DNA of 64,000 bases, from assembly GCA_023267595.1 (NCBI GenBank), contig JAHFNB010000002.1, forward strand, positions 87,947 through 151,946, written 5' to 3'. The translations under genes and the position numbers were made by a program. The notes under the pieces are model-generated. The model saw only the letters and a list, made by a program, of their open reading frames with translations, ran no database searches and was not told where the DNA came from. This document shows positions 16,572 through 26,216 of the stretch, piece by piece. How positions within the stretch are numbered: the stretch's first letter is position 1; each line of letters begins with the position of its first letter. This DNA comes from a bacterium (GTDB taxonomy: Bacteria; Patescibacteriota; Minisyncoccia; Phycocordibacterales; UBA5272).

Positions 16572-18699
16572 TATGGATCACTCCGCACACAAAATTGAGC
16601 ATAATACTCATGCTGGTCACGTGATGGGAGATACCTTAAAAATGACTTTGTGGGGAAAGTTGAAAATGAGTATGACGATGACCATGGGTATGGATCATAC
16701 TGGCCTTGCAGGCAGAGAGATGGCGCGTCTGATGGAAATTGATATAAGGAACAAGTTTTTCTTCTCCTTATTATTTACAATTCCTATAATCCTCTACTCC
16801 CCACTTGGAACAGAATACTTGAAACTTAGTCTTCCTTCCCCACTACCAATTCCGTGGTTACTGTTTATCTTAACCACACCAGTGTTTTTCTATTCTGGGT
16901 GGATTTTCTTGTACTCAACGTATATAGCTTTCAAGAATAAGACGCTTAACATGGCTGTTCTCGTAGCGGTTGGTATAACGGCTGCATACGCATTTAGTAT
17001 CCTTCTAACTTTTATTGGGAGCGCAGACTCATACTATGAAGCAGCAGCAATGCTTATAACCTTTGTTCTCTTTGGACATTGGATGGAGATGAAATCGAGA
17101 CGTGGCACAACAGATGCTCTTCAAGCCCTTTTTAATCTTGTACCCCCTCAAGCAAGAATATTCAAAGATGGAAAGGAGATTATGGTATCTACGGGAGACA
17201 TACAGCTTGGTGATATTATTATCTTGAAACCAGGAGACAAGGTTCCTGTAGACGGTGAAATAATTGAAGGAGAAACTGCAATTGACGAATCCCTAGTAAC
17301 AGGAGAATCAATCCCTACTTCTAAAAAAGTTGGGGATCAGGTTATTGGTGGATCAATCAATACCGCTGGTTCAGTGAAATTTAAAGCTACCAAAATTGGT
17401 AAAGATACCGCACTTGCACGTATTGTGGCGATGGTTGAAGAAGCACAGAACTCAAAGGCACCCGGGCAAAGAATAGCGGACAAGTTTGCAAAGTATCTCG
17501 TTATATTGGCAGTTGGATCAGGGGTTCTCGTTTTTGTAATCTGGTACTTTATTATGAGCGTGCCAATTCTGCTGGCTCTCTCTTTTGCAATTGCCACAGT
17601 TGTCATTGCTTGTCCTGATGCTTTAGGACTTGCTACACCAACTGCAGTTGCTGTAGCGACAGGGCTTGGAGCAAAACACAACATTCTTATAAAAGATGCT
17701 CCAACCCTTGAACAAGTTTCAAAGATTCAGGCAATTGTTCTTGATAAAACAGGTACTCTCACCGACGGAAAACCAACTGTTACTAATGTCGCAACTGTGG
17801 ACGGATATGATGAGGGTGAAGCACTTCGTTTAGTTGGTGCAGCAGAAGCCAAGTCCTCTCATCCACTCGCAGGCGCTGTGCTTGATGAGCTTAAGAGGCG
17901 AGGTCTTACATTGCCAGTGTCCGTTAATAAATTTGAGAATCTTTCTGGCTTAGGGGTTAAAGCTATTGTAGATGGAAAATCAGTACTCATTGGTACTGTT
18001 AAGCTTATGAAAGAAAGCAACGTTGCACTAGGCAGTATAGAGAATAAGATAAATGAGTTTTTGGAAAAGGGAGAAACGATTATGATTTTAGCAGTGGATG
18101 GTGAAATTAAAGCTGTGATTGGAGCAGAAGATCCAATAAAACCAAATGCCATTAAGGCAGTCGAGCGTTTGAAAGCACTAGGTATCGAGATCGCTATGAT
18201 TACGGGCGACAACAAAATGACTGCAGAAAAAGTGGCTAGTCAAATTGGTATAGAAAGAGTGTTTGCTGAAGTGATGCCTGAAGATAAAGCAACTTATGTC
18301 AAAAAGCTACAACAAGAGGGTAAGTTCACTGCAATGGTTGGAGATGGGGTTAATGACGCACCAGCTCTTGCTATTGCTGATGTTGGTATCGCTATTGGTG
18401 CTGGAACTGACGTAGCAATTGAGACTGCAAAGGTGGTCCTTATGAAGTCTGATCCTTTGGATATTCTTAGAGCCATAACTCTGAGCAAGGCAACTGTTCG
18501 TAAGATGAAGCAAAATCTTTTCTGGGCATCAATTTATAATGTTCTTGCGATACCGATTGCTGGTGGAATATTGTACCCGAGCTTCGGCATTATGCTTCGT
18601 CCAGAATTCGCAGCACTTCTTATGAGTGTGTCTTCGATAATCGTGGCCGTAAATGCAGTACTACTAAAGAGAGTGGAAAAGGACCTTATTGCTGTCTGA
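16572..18699 (+). CDS. heavy-metal (copper) translocating P1B-type ATPase with His/Met-rich N-terminus
   Basis: DKTGTLT phosphorylation site, TGES, GDGVNDAPALA, and transmembrane CPD (CPx-type) motif IACPDALGLATP. N-terminal HSAHKIEHNTHAGH/MTMTMGMDH replaces a CxxC HMA domain. Start chosen at ATG 16572 (the track start at 16537 overlaps the upstream ORF). Confidence 0.9.
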
Positions 18700-18761
18700 A
18701 ATTATAAGATACGACCAACAAACTTAATCTACATAATTAAAAAATAAATAACATATAAAAT

Positions 18762-18983
18762 ATGAGCCACAATTTTCACAATGAGGGAAACATAGGAAGA
18801 GTTGCATTCACCTTAGTCATTATTGGTGCTCTTGCTTGGGGAATTCTCGGGGCTTTTAACTACAATGTTATTTCTTCAATCTTTGGTGAAGGAATACTTA
18901 CTAGAGCGGTATATCATCTGATCGGCATATCTGCTTTGTTTGTTGTCTTTAGAAAGTTCTTTCGGGAGAAACATACCCACTAG
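18762..18983 (+). CDS. DUF378-family small membrane protein
   Basis: 73 aa. VIIGALAWGILGAFNYNVI is the DUF378 signature. Confidence 0.55.
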   Translation: MSHNFHNEGNIGRVAFTLVIIGALAWGILGAFNYNVISSIFGEGILTRAVYHLIGISALFVVFRKFFREKHTH

Positions 18984-19025
18984 CTATAGGACTAATGGTA
19001 TGTATGATAAAATAAATTAATAAAT

Positions 19026-19385
19026 ATGAAGAATCTAATAAGCAAGAAAAAAATAAAACTATTTGGTTATATTGCCTTTTTTGCTTTTTCTTTTGCATGG
19101 ATAATATGCAATTCTCATGTAAGTTTTTTATCTTCAACCTCTGGACCAATTACTCATCATGAAGAATCTTCACCTTCGCATAATGAGTCCTGTATAGACC
19201 ATACACAAGTCTTTTCAAGAAGCCAAGGGTCTGACTATCATGCTGATTTCAGCTACATACCAGCAACACCTACCTCGTTAGATTTTTCTTTAGTTCAAAT
19301 GTGGCAGGAAATGACTCCTCCACATCTTGTTGAAATAGATAGTGGACAGCGCTTATTCCTACAAAATAAAGTATTGCGAATATAA
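19026..19385 (+). CDS. small secreted hypothetical protein
   Basis: N-terminal signal/TM peptide followed by a His/Ser-rich region. Confidence 0.35.
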   Translation: MKNLISKKKIKLFGYIAFFAFSFAWIICNSHVSFLSSTSGPITHHEESSPSHNESCIDHTQVFSRSQGSDYHADFSYIPATPTSLDFSLVQMWQEMTPPHLVEIDSGQRLFLQNKVLRI

Positions 19386-19432
19386 AATAATTAGTCTTAT
19401 TTACTAATTACTTTTATCTACACAATACTTAC

Positions 19433-20332
19433 ATGAACAAACAAATTATTATCGGTGTCCTAGCCGTAATCCTTATAGGAGGAGGCGCTTACTACTTCAC
19501 GTCTTCAAAATCAAATGTTGCCTCCGATGGCCATACTGATCATACTCATGAACAAGAGGATATGGCTGGAATGGAGGGAATGGATCATTCAAAAATGCCA
19601 ATGATGGCATCAGGTGCAACACTTGCAGGTACACGAATTAACATAAAAAACCAAAGTTTCAAATCAGGAAGTCAAAATCTATCTTTTGAGCTTTTTGGTC
19701 AAGATGGACATGCGTTTGATGAGAGTCTTCTAAAAATTACTCATGAAAAGAAAATGCACTTCATTCTTGTAAGTAACGACTTTTCTAACTATCAACACTT
19801 ACACCCAGAGTTCAAGAATAATCTTTGGCAGGTTGATGTTGCTTTAGATGCAAATACAGGATATCAGGCCTATGTTGATATTGATTCAAATGAAGACGGA
19901 GCGGAAACATTAAGAGTTCCTGTCATTGTAGGCACCCCTGCTGCAAAGTCTAAAGTCTCACAAAGAGAAACCACACTATCAAAGGACGGGGTATCTATAA
20001 AGATGGATGCGCCAAAAGGATTCCTCTCAGGACATGAAAATGAAGTGACGTTTACTCTCAGTCAAAACGGAAAAACAATAAACCCTGAGAACTATCTTGG
20101 TGCGAAAGGCCACGTTGTTGCCTTAGGAGATGATCCAAATACATTTATTCATGGGCATCCAAGCGAAGACGGTGACAGTGAAGCACATTTTGCTTTCACT
20201 TTTGAAAAGACCGGAACGTACACCCTCTTTGCCCAATTCCAAGTCGGAGGCGTAGTGCGCACATATCCATTTACCGTGAGTGTTGCTGAAGGTAATTCAA
20301 CTGTTGACGAATCTCAACCTCACGATCATTAA
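19433..20332 (+). CDS. secreted Met/His-rich putative copper-binding protein
   Basis: Signal/TM segment, HTDHTHEQEDMAGMEGMDHSKMPMM, C-terminal HDH. Predicted beta-rich domain. Confidence 0.5.
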   Translation: MNKQIIIGVLAVILIGGGAYYFTSSKSNVASDGHTDHTHEQEDMAGMEGMDHSKMPMMASGATLAGTRINIKNQSFKSGSQNLSFELFGQDGHAFDESLLKITHEKKMHFILVSNDFSNYQHLHPEFKNNLWQVDVALDANTGYQAYVDIDSNEDGAETLRVPVIVGTPAAKSKVSQRETTLSKDGVSIKMDAPKGFLSGHENEVTFTLSQNGKTINPENYLGAKGHVVALGDDPNTFIHGHPSEDGDSEAHFAFTFEKTGTYTLFAQFQVGGVVRTYPFTVSVAEGNSTVDESQPHDH

Positions 20333-20343
20333 TCTCTTACTAT

Positions 20344-22131
20344 ATGAAAGAAAAAATCTTTTTAATTAAAAAGAGGTCTTTTGAGATAGTGGGTGGTTTA
20401 CAAAAAAATCAAAAGATCTCTCTTGCCATTGGTGCGCTTTTTGTTGCGGGAAGTATTGGTGTGCTTGTCTATGCTGATGCAGGACACGACACACCAGAAC
20501 CTGTCGCACTACAGCAATCAGAGCAAGTTATAGTTCGTAAAGTTGGGGATGTGGATGCCGATGCCATCTCTCAAGAAGGATTAAGTAGTTTCTTCGGTGA
20601 AGTTATATCGAAAGATATTGCTTCTGTTCACAGCTCTCGTGAAGGTGTGATTACTTCTTGGAATGTTTCAGTTGGTGACCGGGTTTCTGCTGGTACCGTT
20701 CTAGGATATGTGACTGTAACTGGGGTGTCACCTGAACAGCAGATGCAGTTAGCGGAGCAGCAAGCTAACGCACTTAAAGCTAAACTTGATCTTGATACGG
20801 TAAATACAATCGCCACTCAAACAGAATCTGTTTTTAGCAGAATCGCAGAATCATTACGGTCTGTTGCTGATAAACAAAAAGCTATTTATGACGGCACAAA
20901 CGGCAGTGTTACTTCAACATACCTCACTGAGCTTCAAGCTATTCAGTCTCGTCAAGCATCACTTGAAAAGAAGTTACAGGATTTTTCCAATACTGCGCTT
21001 AATGAAATATATCCATTAGTAAGCCAGTATGGACAGTCTCCATTTAACTCTGGATTCTCCGAAACTTCACTAAACCCGGATTTAGGGAATCGAAATAGTA
21101 GTTTAAGAAACATCTACGCGTCGCTTATAAAGCAGTTTGCTTCTAAGGTGACAAGTAGAACTGTGACCGATGACGATGTGAGGAACTTTCTCAATGAAAC
21201 AACTGATATTGTAGAGGCGACTTTACCTGATCAGTCAGTCAGCACAGAAGGAATTACTACTGCTGTAAAAGACCTACAAACTGAATTAAGAGATATATCT
21301 AATGAACTATCTCAAGCAACAATTGACAAAACTGCAAAGGAGAGAGAAAGAAGTCAGGTGGAGATTGAGCTTCTAAGGAGTTTATCTGGATTTGATAATG
21401 ATCTAAGTTTGAAGAAGCTGGAACAGCTATCCGCTGGAGAGAGAGCAAAAAATGAAGCAAAGGCGGCAGAGCTTCTTGCTCAAAAACTCTCTGTAAGCGC
21501 TGGTGGAGTGGTCCCAGTTTTAGCATCAAAAAGCGGAATAGTAGCATCCATAGAAAAGAATGTTGGCGACTATGTTTCTGTTACAGACAAGATTGGGCTT
21601 ATCTCTAATCAAAACCCTACAAAAATAGTTCGCTTCACTGTTCCCTCCTCATGGAGAGACATCAAGAAAGGTGACGCTCTTTCTCTTATCTGGAAGGCGG
21701 ATTTTAAGCCAGGAAGCGCAGTTATCACGGGTATTAGTCCAATCCTCAATGAAAATGGTGGACATCAAGCTGAAGCAGTTCTCTCTAAGAGTACTGTTTT
21801 CCCTGTGGGGTCATCAGTTAGACTTATTCCTGAAAATTCAAAGAAGGGAGTTTTTATTAACTCTAAAGCCGTCGTGTTTGATAACCTAAAGCCTTTTGTT
21901 TGGTTGGTTACAGAAAGTGACACGATAAGAAAACAGGAGATTGTTCCAGGTCGTCAACTTGGTGAATATGTCGAAGTCTTAAGCGGACTTGAAATTGGCT
22001 ACGGGTACTTAGTAATTTTAGACTCATCAGTAAGTTTGGAAAATGGGAAAAAGATATCTGAAATTATAAAAACCACAACCGTAGCACCAGCGCCTACTAT
22101 TCAAGATGAGAGTGTGCCTCACGAACATTAA
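20344..22131 (+). CDS. RND efflux periplasmic adaptor (membrane fusion protein, CusB-like) with long coiled coil
   Basis: N-terminal TM segment, lipoyl-like REGVITSWNVSVGDRVSAGTVLGYV, long coiled-coil insert, C-terminal beta-barrel, terminal HEH. Confidence 0.7.
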   Translation: MKEKIFLIKKRSFEIVGGLQKNQKISLAIGALFVAGSIGVLVYADAGHDTPEPVALQQSEQVIVRKVGDVDADAISQEGLSSFFGEVISKDIASVHSSREGVITSWNVSVGDRVSAGTVLGYVTVTGVSPEQQMQLAEQQANALKAKLDLDTVNTIATQTESVFSRIAESLRSVADKQKAIYDGTNGSVTSTYLTELQAIQSRQASLEKKLQDFSNTALNEIYPLVSQYGQSPFNSGFSETSLNPDLGNRNSSLRNIYASLIKQFASKVTSRTVTDDDVRNFLNETTDIVEATLPDQSVSTEGITTAVKDLQTELRDISNELSQATIDKTAKERERSQVEIELLRSLSGFDNDLSLKKLEQLSAGERAKNEAKAAELLAQKLSVSAGGVVPVLASKSGIVASIEKNVGDYVSVTDKIGLISNQNPTKIVRFTVPSSWRDIKKGDALSLIWKADFKPGSAVITGISPILNENGGHQAEAVLSKSTVFPVGSSVRLIPENSKKGVFINSKAVVFDNLKPFVWLVTESDTIRKQEIVPGRQLGEYVEVLSGLEIGYGYLVILDSSVSLENGKKISEIIKTTTVAPAPTIQDESVPHEH

Positions 22132-22136
22132 AATAT

Positions 22137-25100
22137 ATGTTCAAGAAAATAGTAACGTGGTCAACAATCAATAGAAGTAGGACGCTATTTCTGGCAGTCT
22201 TATTCACTGTTTTGGGTATCTTTGCAGGAATGAATATGGAGGTAGACGTACTACCAAATATTAACAAACCAACGGTAGTTGTATTTGCTGAAGCAGATGG
22301 TTTTGCACCAGAAGAAGTTGAAAGGGCAGTCTTGATACCTTTAGAAAATGCGATCCTTGGAACTGCTAATGTGGAGCGAGTTCGCGGGACTGCTTCTTTT
22401 GCACTCGGTATCGTAAATATTGAATTTCCTTTTGGAAGTGATATTTACAAAAATAGGCAGCTTGTACAAGAAAGAATTTCTAGCATACAGATGCCAGCAA
22501 ATGTACGAGTGTCCCTTGGACCCGTAAGTTCTGTCATGGGAGAAATAATGTGGGCGGGTGTAAAAGGAGGAAATAACTTAAGCTCTTCCGAACTACGTAC
22601 CTATGTAGACTTTACCATGAGGCCCAACCTTCTTAAGGTAAAAGGAATTTCAGATGTGATCGTTATGGGTGGAGATGTTTTGGAGTGGCAAGTGAGACTA
22701 AATGCCGATGCCTTAGATAGACATAAAATTACTCAAGAAGAAATCAACGAGGTCTTACGAAGAAACTTACAAAATTCTTCAGGTGGAATTTTGTCTCAAC
22801 AAAATAAGGAATATCCTATTCGGGTATTCGTTGCACCAAAGGAAATGGAAGAACTTGCCGACATTGCTATCCAAACAGAGGATGGAGTTGTAAGACTGGG
22901 TGAAATTGCTTCCTTTGTGGAGGGCGCAAGCTTAGTGCGAGGCAGTGCATCAGTTGATGGTGAACAAGGAATTATTCTTCGAATATTTAAGCAACCGAAT
23001 GCGGAGACACTCAAGGTCAGTAAGGAAATTGATGCCTTATTTTCTGATCTACAAAAGACAGCACCAACGGGTGTAGTTTTGCGTACTGATTTATTTAGAC
23101 AAGAATGGTTTATATCCGCAGGTCTTCTCAATGTAGAAAAGGCTCTCGTTGAGGCATTGCTCATTGTGGCCTTGATTGTATTCCTCTTTCTCATCAAGTG
23201 GAAACCAACCCTCATCACTCTTCTTGCTATACCAACTTCCATTGCAGTAACCGCCATCATATTTTACTTGTTAGGGCTGTCTGTTAACGTGATGACCCTT
23301 GGAGGTATTGCGGTTGCGATTGGGGAACTGGTGGATGATGCTATCGTGAGCGTGGAAAACATCATAAAACGTCTTCGGGGTAGAAAAGTACAAGGATTGG
23401 AACGATTAAAAGTCATCGTGAATGCCGTGCAAGAAGTTCGTGGGTCTATTATTTATGCCACCGTACTTGTTGTCTTGGTTTTCGTGCCTGTGTTTTTCCT
23501 TCCTGGAGTAGAAGGCAAGCTATTAACTTCACTTGGACTTGCGTATATTGTTTCTCTTATCGCTTCGCTTATCGTGTCTCTTACGCTTACCCCCGCTCTT
23601 GCATCGTTTATGTTAAATGATGAAGATAATGAAGAAAAACCGTCCAAAGTTGTCCACTACATAGAAGCTAGGACAGAACACATCTTAAGAAGAGTTATTG
23701 ATTCTTGGAAAATAATCTCTGCTACGTTTATTGTAATGATTCTCGCTACAGTATTGTTGTATGTAAACGCCGGAAAGGAAGGCATTCCTCCGTTTAACGA
23801 GGACTCTCTTACGATTGGAGTAGTGTTACCAAATGGAACAGGACTAGAAACAACTAATCTTTTCGTCCAGAATGTCGGGTCGCAGATAAAAGCTCTTCCT
23901 TTTGTTTCTGGTGTAAGCAATACCACAGGTCGCGCTGGAGCAGATGCTCATGCTAGTGGGGCAAATTCTGGTGAAATGCAGGTAGTTTTTAAGGAGGGAT
24001 CCACAAAGAAATTAGATGAGTATATTTTGGAAGTTCAAAATATACTTAATAAATATTCTGGGGCAAGTTTCTCACTCGGAAAACCTATTACTCACAGGGT
24101 TGAGGAACTGCTTTCAGGAGTGCGTGCTCCTATTGTTATTAAACTCTATGGAGATGATGTAGAAGCACTTAGAAACTATGGTAACGTCGTGATAAATGCT
24201 CTCCACTCTCAGGCAGGAGTAAGTAACGCTCAGCTGTCTCGGGATGTTAAGGTTTCTGAAATACATATATATCCAGATAAGACGATACTTACAGGTCTCG
24301 GTAAGGATGCTGGATTGATTGGAGAAGAAATCGAGTCAGGATTAATAGGAAATAAGGTGGGTGAAATAGTTTCAGGTCTTCAAAGAATCTCTGTTGTCAC
24401 TAAATTTGATAGCGAAAGTAGAAGCTCTTTTGGTGGGTTGCGCGATACAACCATTGGAGGCACTGCAATGAATGTGGGTAACCTTGCAAGTATTGAATTT
24501 AACGAAGGAAGAACTTCTATTAGTCATGAAGGTGGCAAAAGAGTCGTCATCGTGAGCGCAAACTATGAAGGAGGAGACATTATCGGAGCGGTTGATGCAG
24601 CTAAGGAGATATTAGACAATAGCGCTCGTCCAGAAAATATCACAACAAGTTATGAGGGCACGTATCAAAGCCAAAAAGAAAATAGTACTAGATTAGCGTT
24701 ATTGTTTATTGTTGTTATTCTACTGATTGCGGTAATACTCTACACAGCTTTTTCTTCGTGGATACTTTCAGCTCTCGTGCTACTTAATATTCCTGTTGCT
24801 TTCTTTGGTGGACTTATCTTTGTTTACCTAGAAGGAGGAACGATCAGTTTGGCTCACTTGGTCGGATTCATATCACTTGCAGGAATTGCTTCTAGAAACG
24901 GAATCATGCTTATTTCAAGAGTTCAAGAATTAAGTAAGGAAAGTAGTGATCTCACTAAAACAGAAGTTATCATACATGCCACAAAAGAAAGAGTGGTCCC
25001 AGTACTGATGACTTCCATTGTCACAGCGTTAGCGCTCATTCCGTTCATCCTGGGTGCCAGTGCTCCTGGCAAGGAATTCCTTTCTCCTCTTGCAGTAGTT

Positions 25101-25184
25101 ATTACGGGTGGTCTTGTTACTTCTACTATTACTTCACTTCTCTTTATACCAATTATTCTAAACAAGTTAAAAGATAGAATTTAA
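22137..25184 (+). CDS. RND efflux transporter permease, heavy-metal (CusA/CzcA-like) family
   Basis: 1015 aa, 12-TM AcrB/CusA architecture. The N-terminal sequence is typical of HME-RND pumps. Immediately downstream of the adaptor. Confidence 0.9.
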   Translation: MFKKIVTWSTINRSRTLFLAVLFTVLGIFAGMNMEVDVLPNINKPTVVVFAEADGFAPEEVERAVLIPLENAILGTANVERVRGTASFALGIVNIEFPFGSDIYKNRQLVQERISSIQMPANVRVSLGPVSSVMGEIMWAGVKGGNNLSSSELRTYVDFTMRPNLLKVKGISDVIVMGGDVLEWQVRLNADALDRHKITQEEINEVLRRNLQNSSGGILSQQNKEYPIRVFVAPKEMEELADIAIQTEDGVVRLGEIASFVEGASLVRGSASVDGEQGIILRIFKQPNAETLKVSKEIDALFSDLQKTAPTGVVLRTDLFRQEWFISAGLLNVEKALVEALLIVALIVFLFLIKWKPTLITLLAIPTSIAVTAIIFYLLGLSVNVMTLGGIAVAIGELVDDAIVSVENIIKRLRGRKVQGLERLKVIVNAVQEVRGSIIYATVLVVLVFVPVFFLPGVEGKLLTSLGLAYIVSLIASLIVSLTLTPALASFMLNDEDNEEKPSKVVHYIEARTEHILRRVIDSWKIISATFIVMILATVLLYVNAGKEGIPPFNEDSLTIGVVLPNGTGLETTNLFVQNVGSQIKALPFVSGVSNTTGRAGADAHASGANSGEMQVVFKEGSTKKLDEYILEVQNILNKYSGASFSLGKPITHRVEELLSGVRAPIVIKLYGDDVEALRNYGNVVINALHSQAGVSNAQLSRDVKVSEIHIYPDKTILTGLGKDAGLIGEEIESGLIGNKVGEIVSGLQRISVVTKFDSESRSSFGGLRDTTIGGTAMNVGNLASIEFNEGRTSISHEGGKRVVIVSANYEGGDIIGAVDAAKEILDNSARPENITTSYEGTYQSQKENSTRLALLFIVVILLIAVILYTAFSSWILSALVLLNIPVAFFGGLIFVYLEGGTISLAHLVGFISLAGIASRNGIMLISRVQELSKESSDLTKTEVIIHATKERVVPVLMTSIVTALALIPFILGASAPGKEFLSPLAVVITGGLVTSTITSLLFIPIILNKLKDRI

Positions 25185-25202
25185 GTTTTAAATGGCACAA
25201 AA

Positions 25203-25231
25203 AACTCCCTAATAGGGAGTTTTTTGTGTAT
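25203..25231 (+). terminator. intrinsic terminator (actccct-aat-agggagt + T-run)
   Basis: aaaaaactccctaatagggagttttttgtg. Confidence 0.6.
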
Positions 25232-25265
25232 AGGTTGTTGGGTGGATTTTTAGTAAACTCTATAT

Positions 25266-26018
25266 ATGAAAAAAGGGTTATTGCTCATATTGCTATCAGG
25301 TATAGTTGCTCTAGGATATATAGTATTCTCTGATAAAGTTACCGAGCAAGAACAAAATATACTTACTCCAGCGTCTATTGTAATTTCTAAACAGGATCCT
25401 CAAAAGGAAATTGTTATCGAAAGCGTTACGATGCCAGCAAATGGTTGGGTAGTTGCCAGAGCAATTGAGGGTAATAGATTGGGTCAGATTATTGAAATAA
25501 GCGAATTTCTTTCTAAAGGAAATCATGCCCAAATTGTAGTTCCACTTGGTGATTTTTATAACGGCGAAGAGTTAATTGGTATGATCTATGTGGATAATGG
25601 AGATACTATTTTTAATGACAATGACCAGCCGTATAAAGATACAAAGGGCAACATGATAGCTGCTTATATTAAAACTGGTGAGCTAGTTCCCGTGTCTATG
25701 ATGCAACCTGAAGTAAATGCTGGGCACATGATGGGTGGTAATATGGTTACTGTTACATATACCAATGCTGGTTTTGTACCAGCAAGAATTGAAGTTGCTA
25801 CAGGCACTATGGTTGAATTTATAAATAAAAGCAACAAGGAAATGTGGGTTGCCTCAAACGATCACCCCGGACATGAAGTTCTACCAACTTTTGACCAGTT
25901 TAAAACTATAGGAAAAGGAGGAAGGTACACATATGTTTTTGATAAGCCAGGAACATGGCAATACCATGATCATATTAATCCCGAATTAGTTGGGACTATT
26001 GAGGTACGGACAAACTAA
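25266..26018 (+). CDS. secreted cupredoxin-like putative metal-binding protein
   Basis: Signal/TM segment. C-terminal GTMVEF...HPGHEV...GTWQYHDHINPELVGTIEV resembles a cupredoxin fold with His ligands but no Cys. Confidence 0.4.
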   Translation: MKKGLLLILLSGIVALGYIVFSDKVTEQEQNILTPASIVISKQDPQKEIVIESVTMPANGWVVARAIEGNRLGQIIEISEFLSKGNHAQIVVPLGDFYNGEELIGMIYVDNGDTIFNDNDQPYKDTKGNMIAAYIKTGELVPVSMMQPEVNAGHMMGGNMVTVTYTNAGFVPARIEVATGTMVEFINKSNKEMWVASNDHPGHEVLPTFDQFKTIGKGGRYTYVFDKPGTWQYHDHINPELVGTIEVRTN

Positions 26019-26021
26019 AAA

Positions 26022-26046
26022 GCACCCAACTGGGTGTTTTTTAGAT
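26022..26046. terminator. bidirectional terminator between convergent genes
   Basis: aaaaagcacccaactgggtgttttttag. Confidence 0.5.
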
Positions 26047-26202
26047 TTTGGTTAACCGTACGCAATGGATATGCAATTGATTGTAAAAAGCTAAACTTGA
26101 AAATGCTTCCATATCGTCTCTAAGCTTCTCAATTTGCCCACCAGTGAAGTCTTTACCACCATCTGGTATTATTTTATCTCTCATTTCTTGGATTGTTAGC
26201 AT
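26041..26202 (-). CDS. unannotated small ORF (53 aa) immediately downstream of the 810-aa gene
   Basis: Hand translation MLTIQEMRDKIIPDGGKDFTGGQIEKLRDDMEAFSSLAFYNQLHIHCVRLTKI. Separated by 14 nt from the upstream stop. No clear SD. Confidence 0.25.
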   Translation of the reverse strand: MLTIQEMRDKIIPDGGKDFTGGQIEKLRDDMEAFSSLAFYNQLHIHCVRLTKI

Positions 26203-26216
26203 GGTTTGATTTTGAT

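Noticed and set aside
17337-18513. Antisense ORFs inside the P-type ATPase (17337..17684, 17859..18215, 18294..18513 minus)
   Set aside because: Shadow ORFs within a gene with unambiguous catalytic motifs.
22796-25165. Minus-strand ORFs inside the RND pump gene
   Set aside because: Shadow ORFs. The plus-strand 12-TM transporter is unambiguous.
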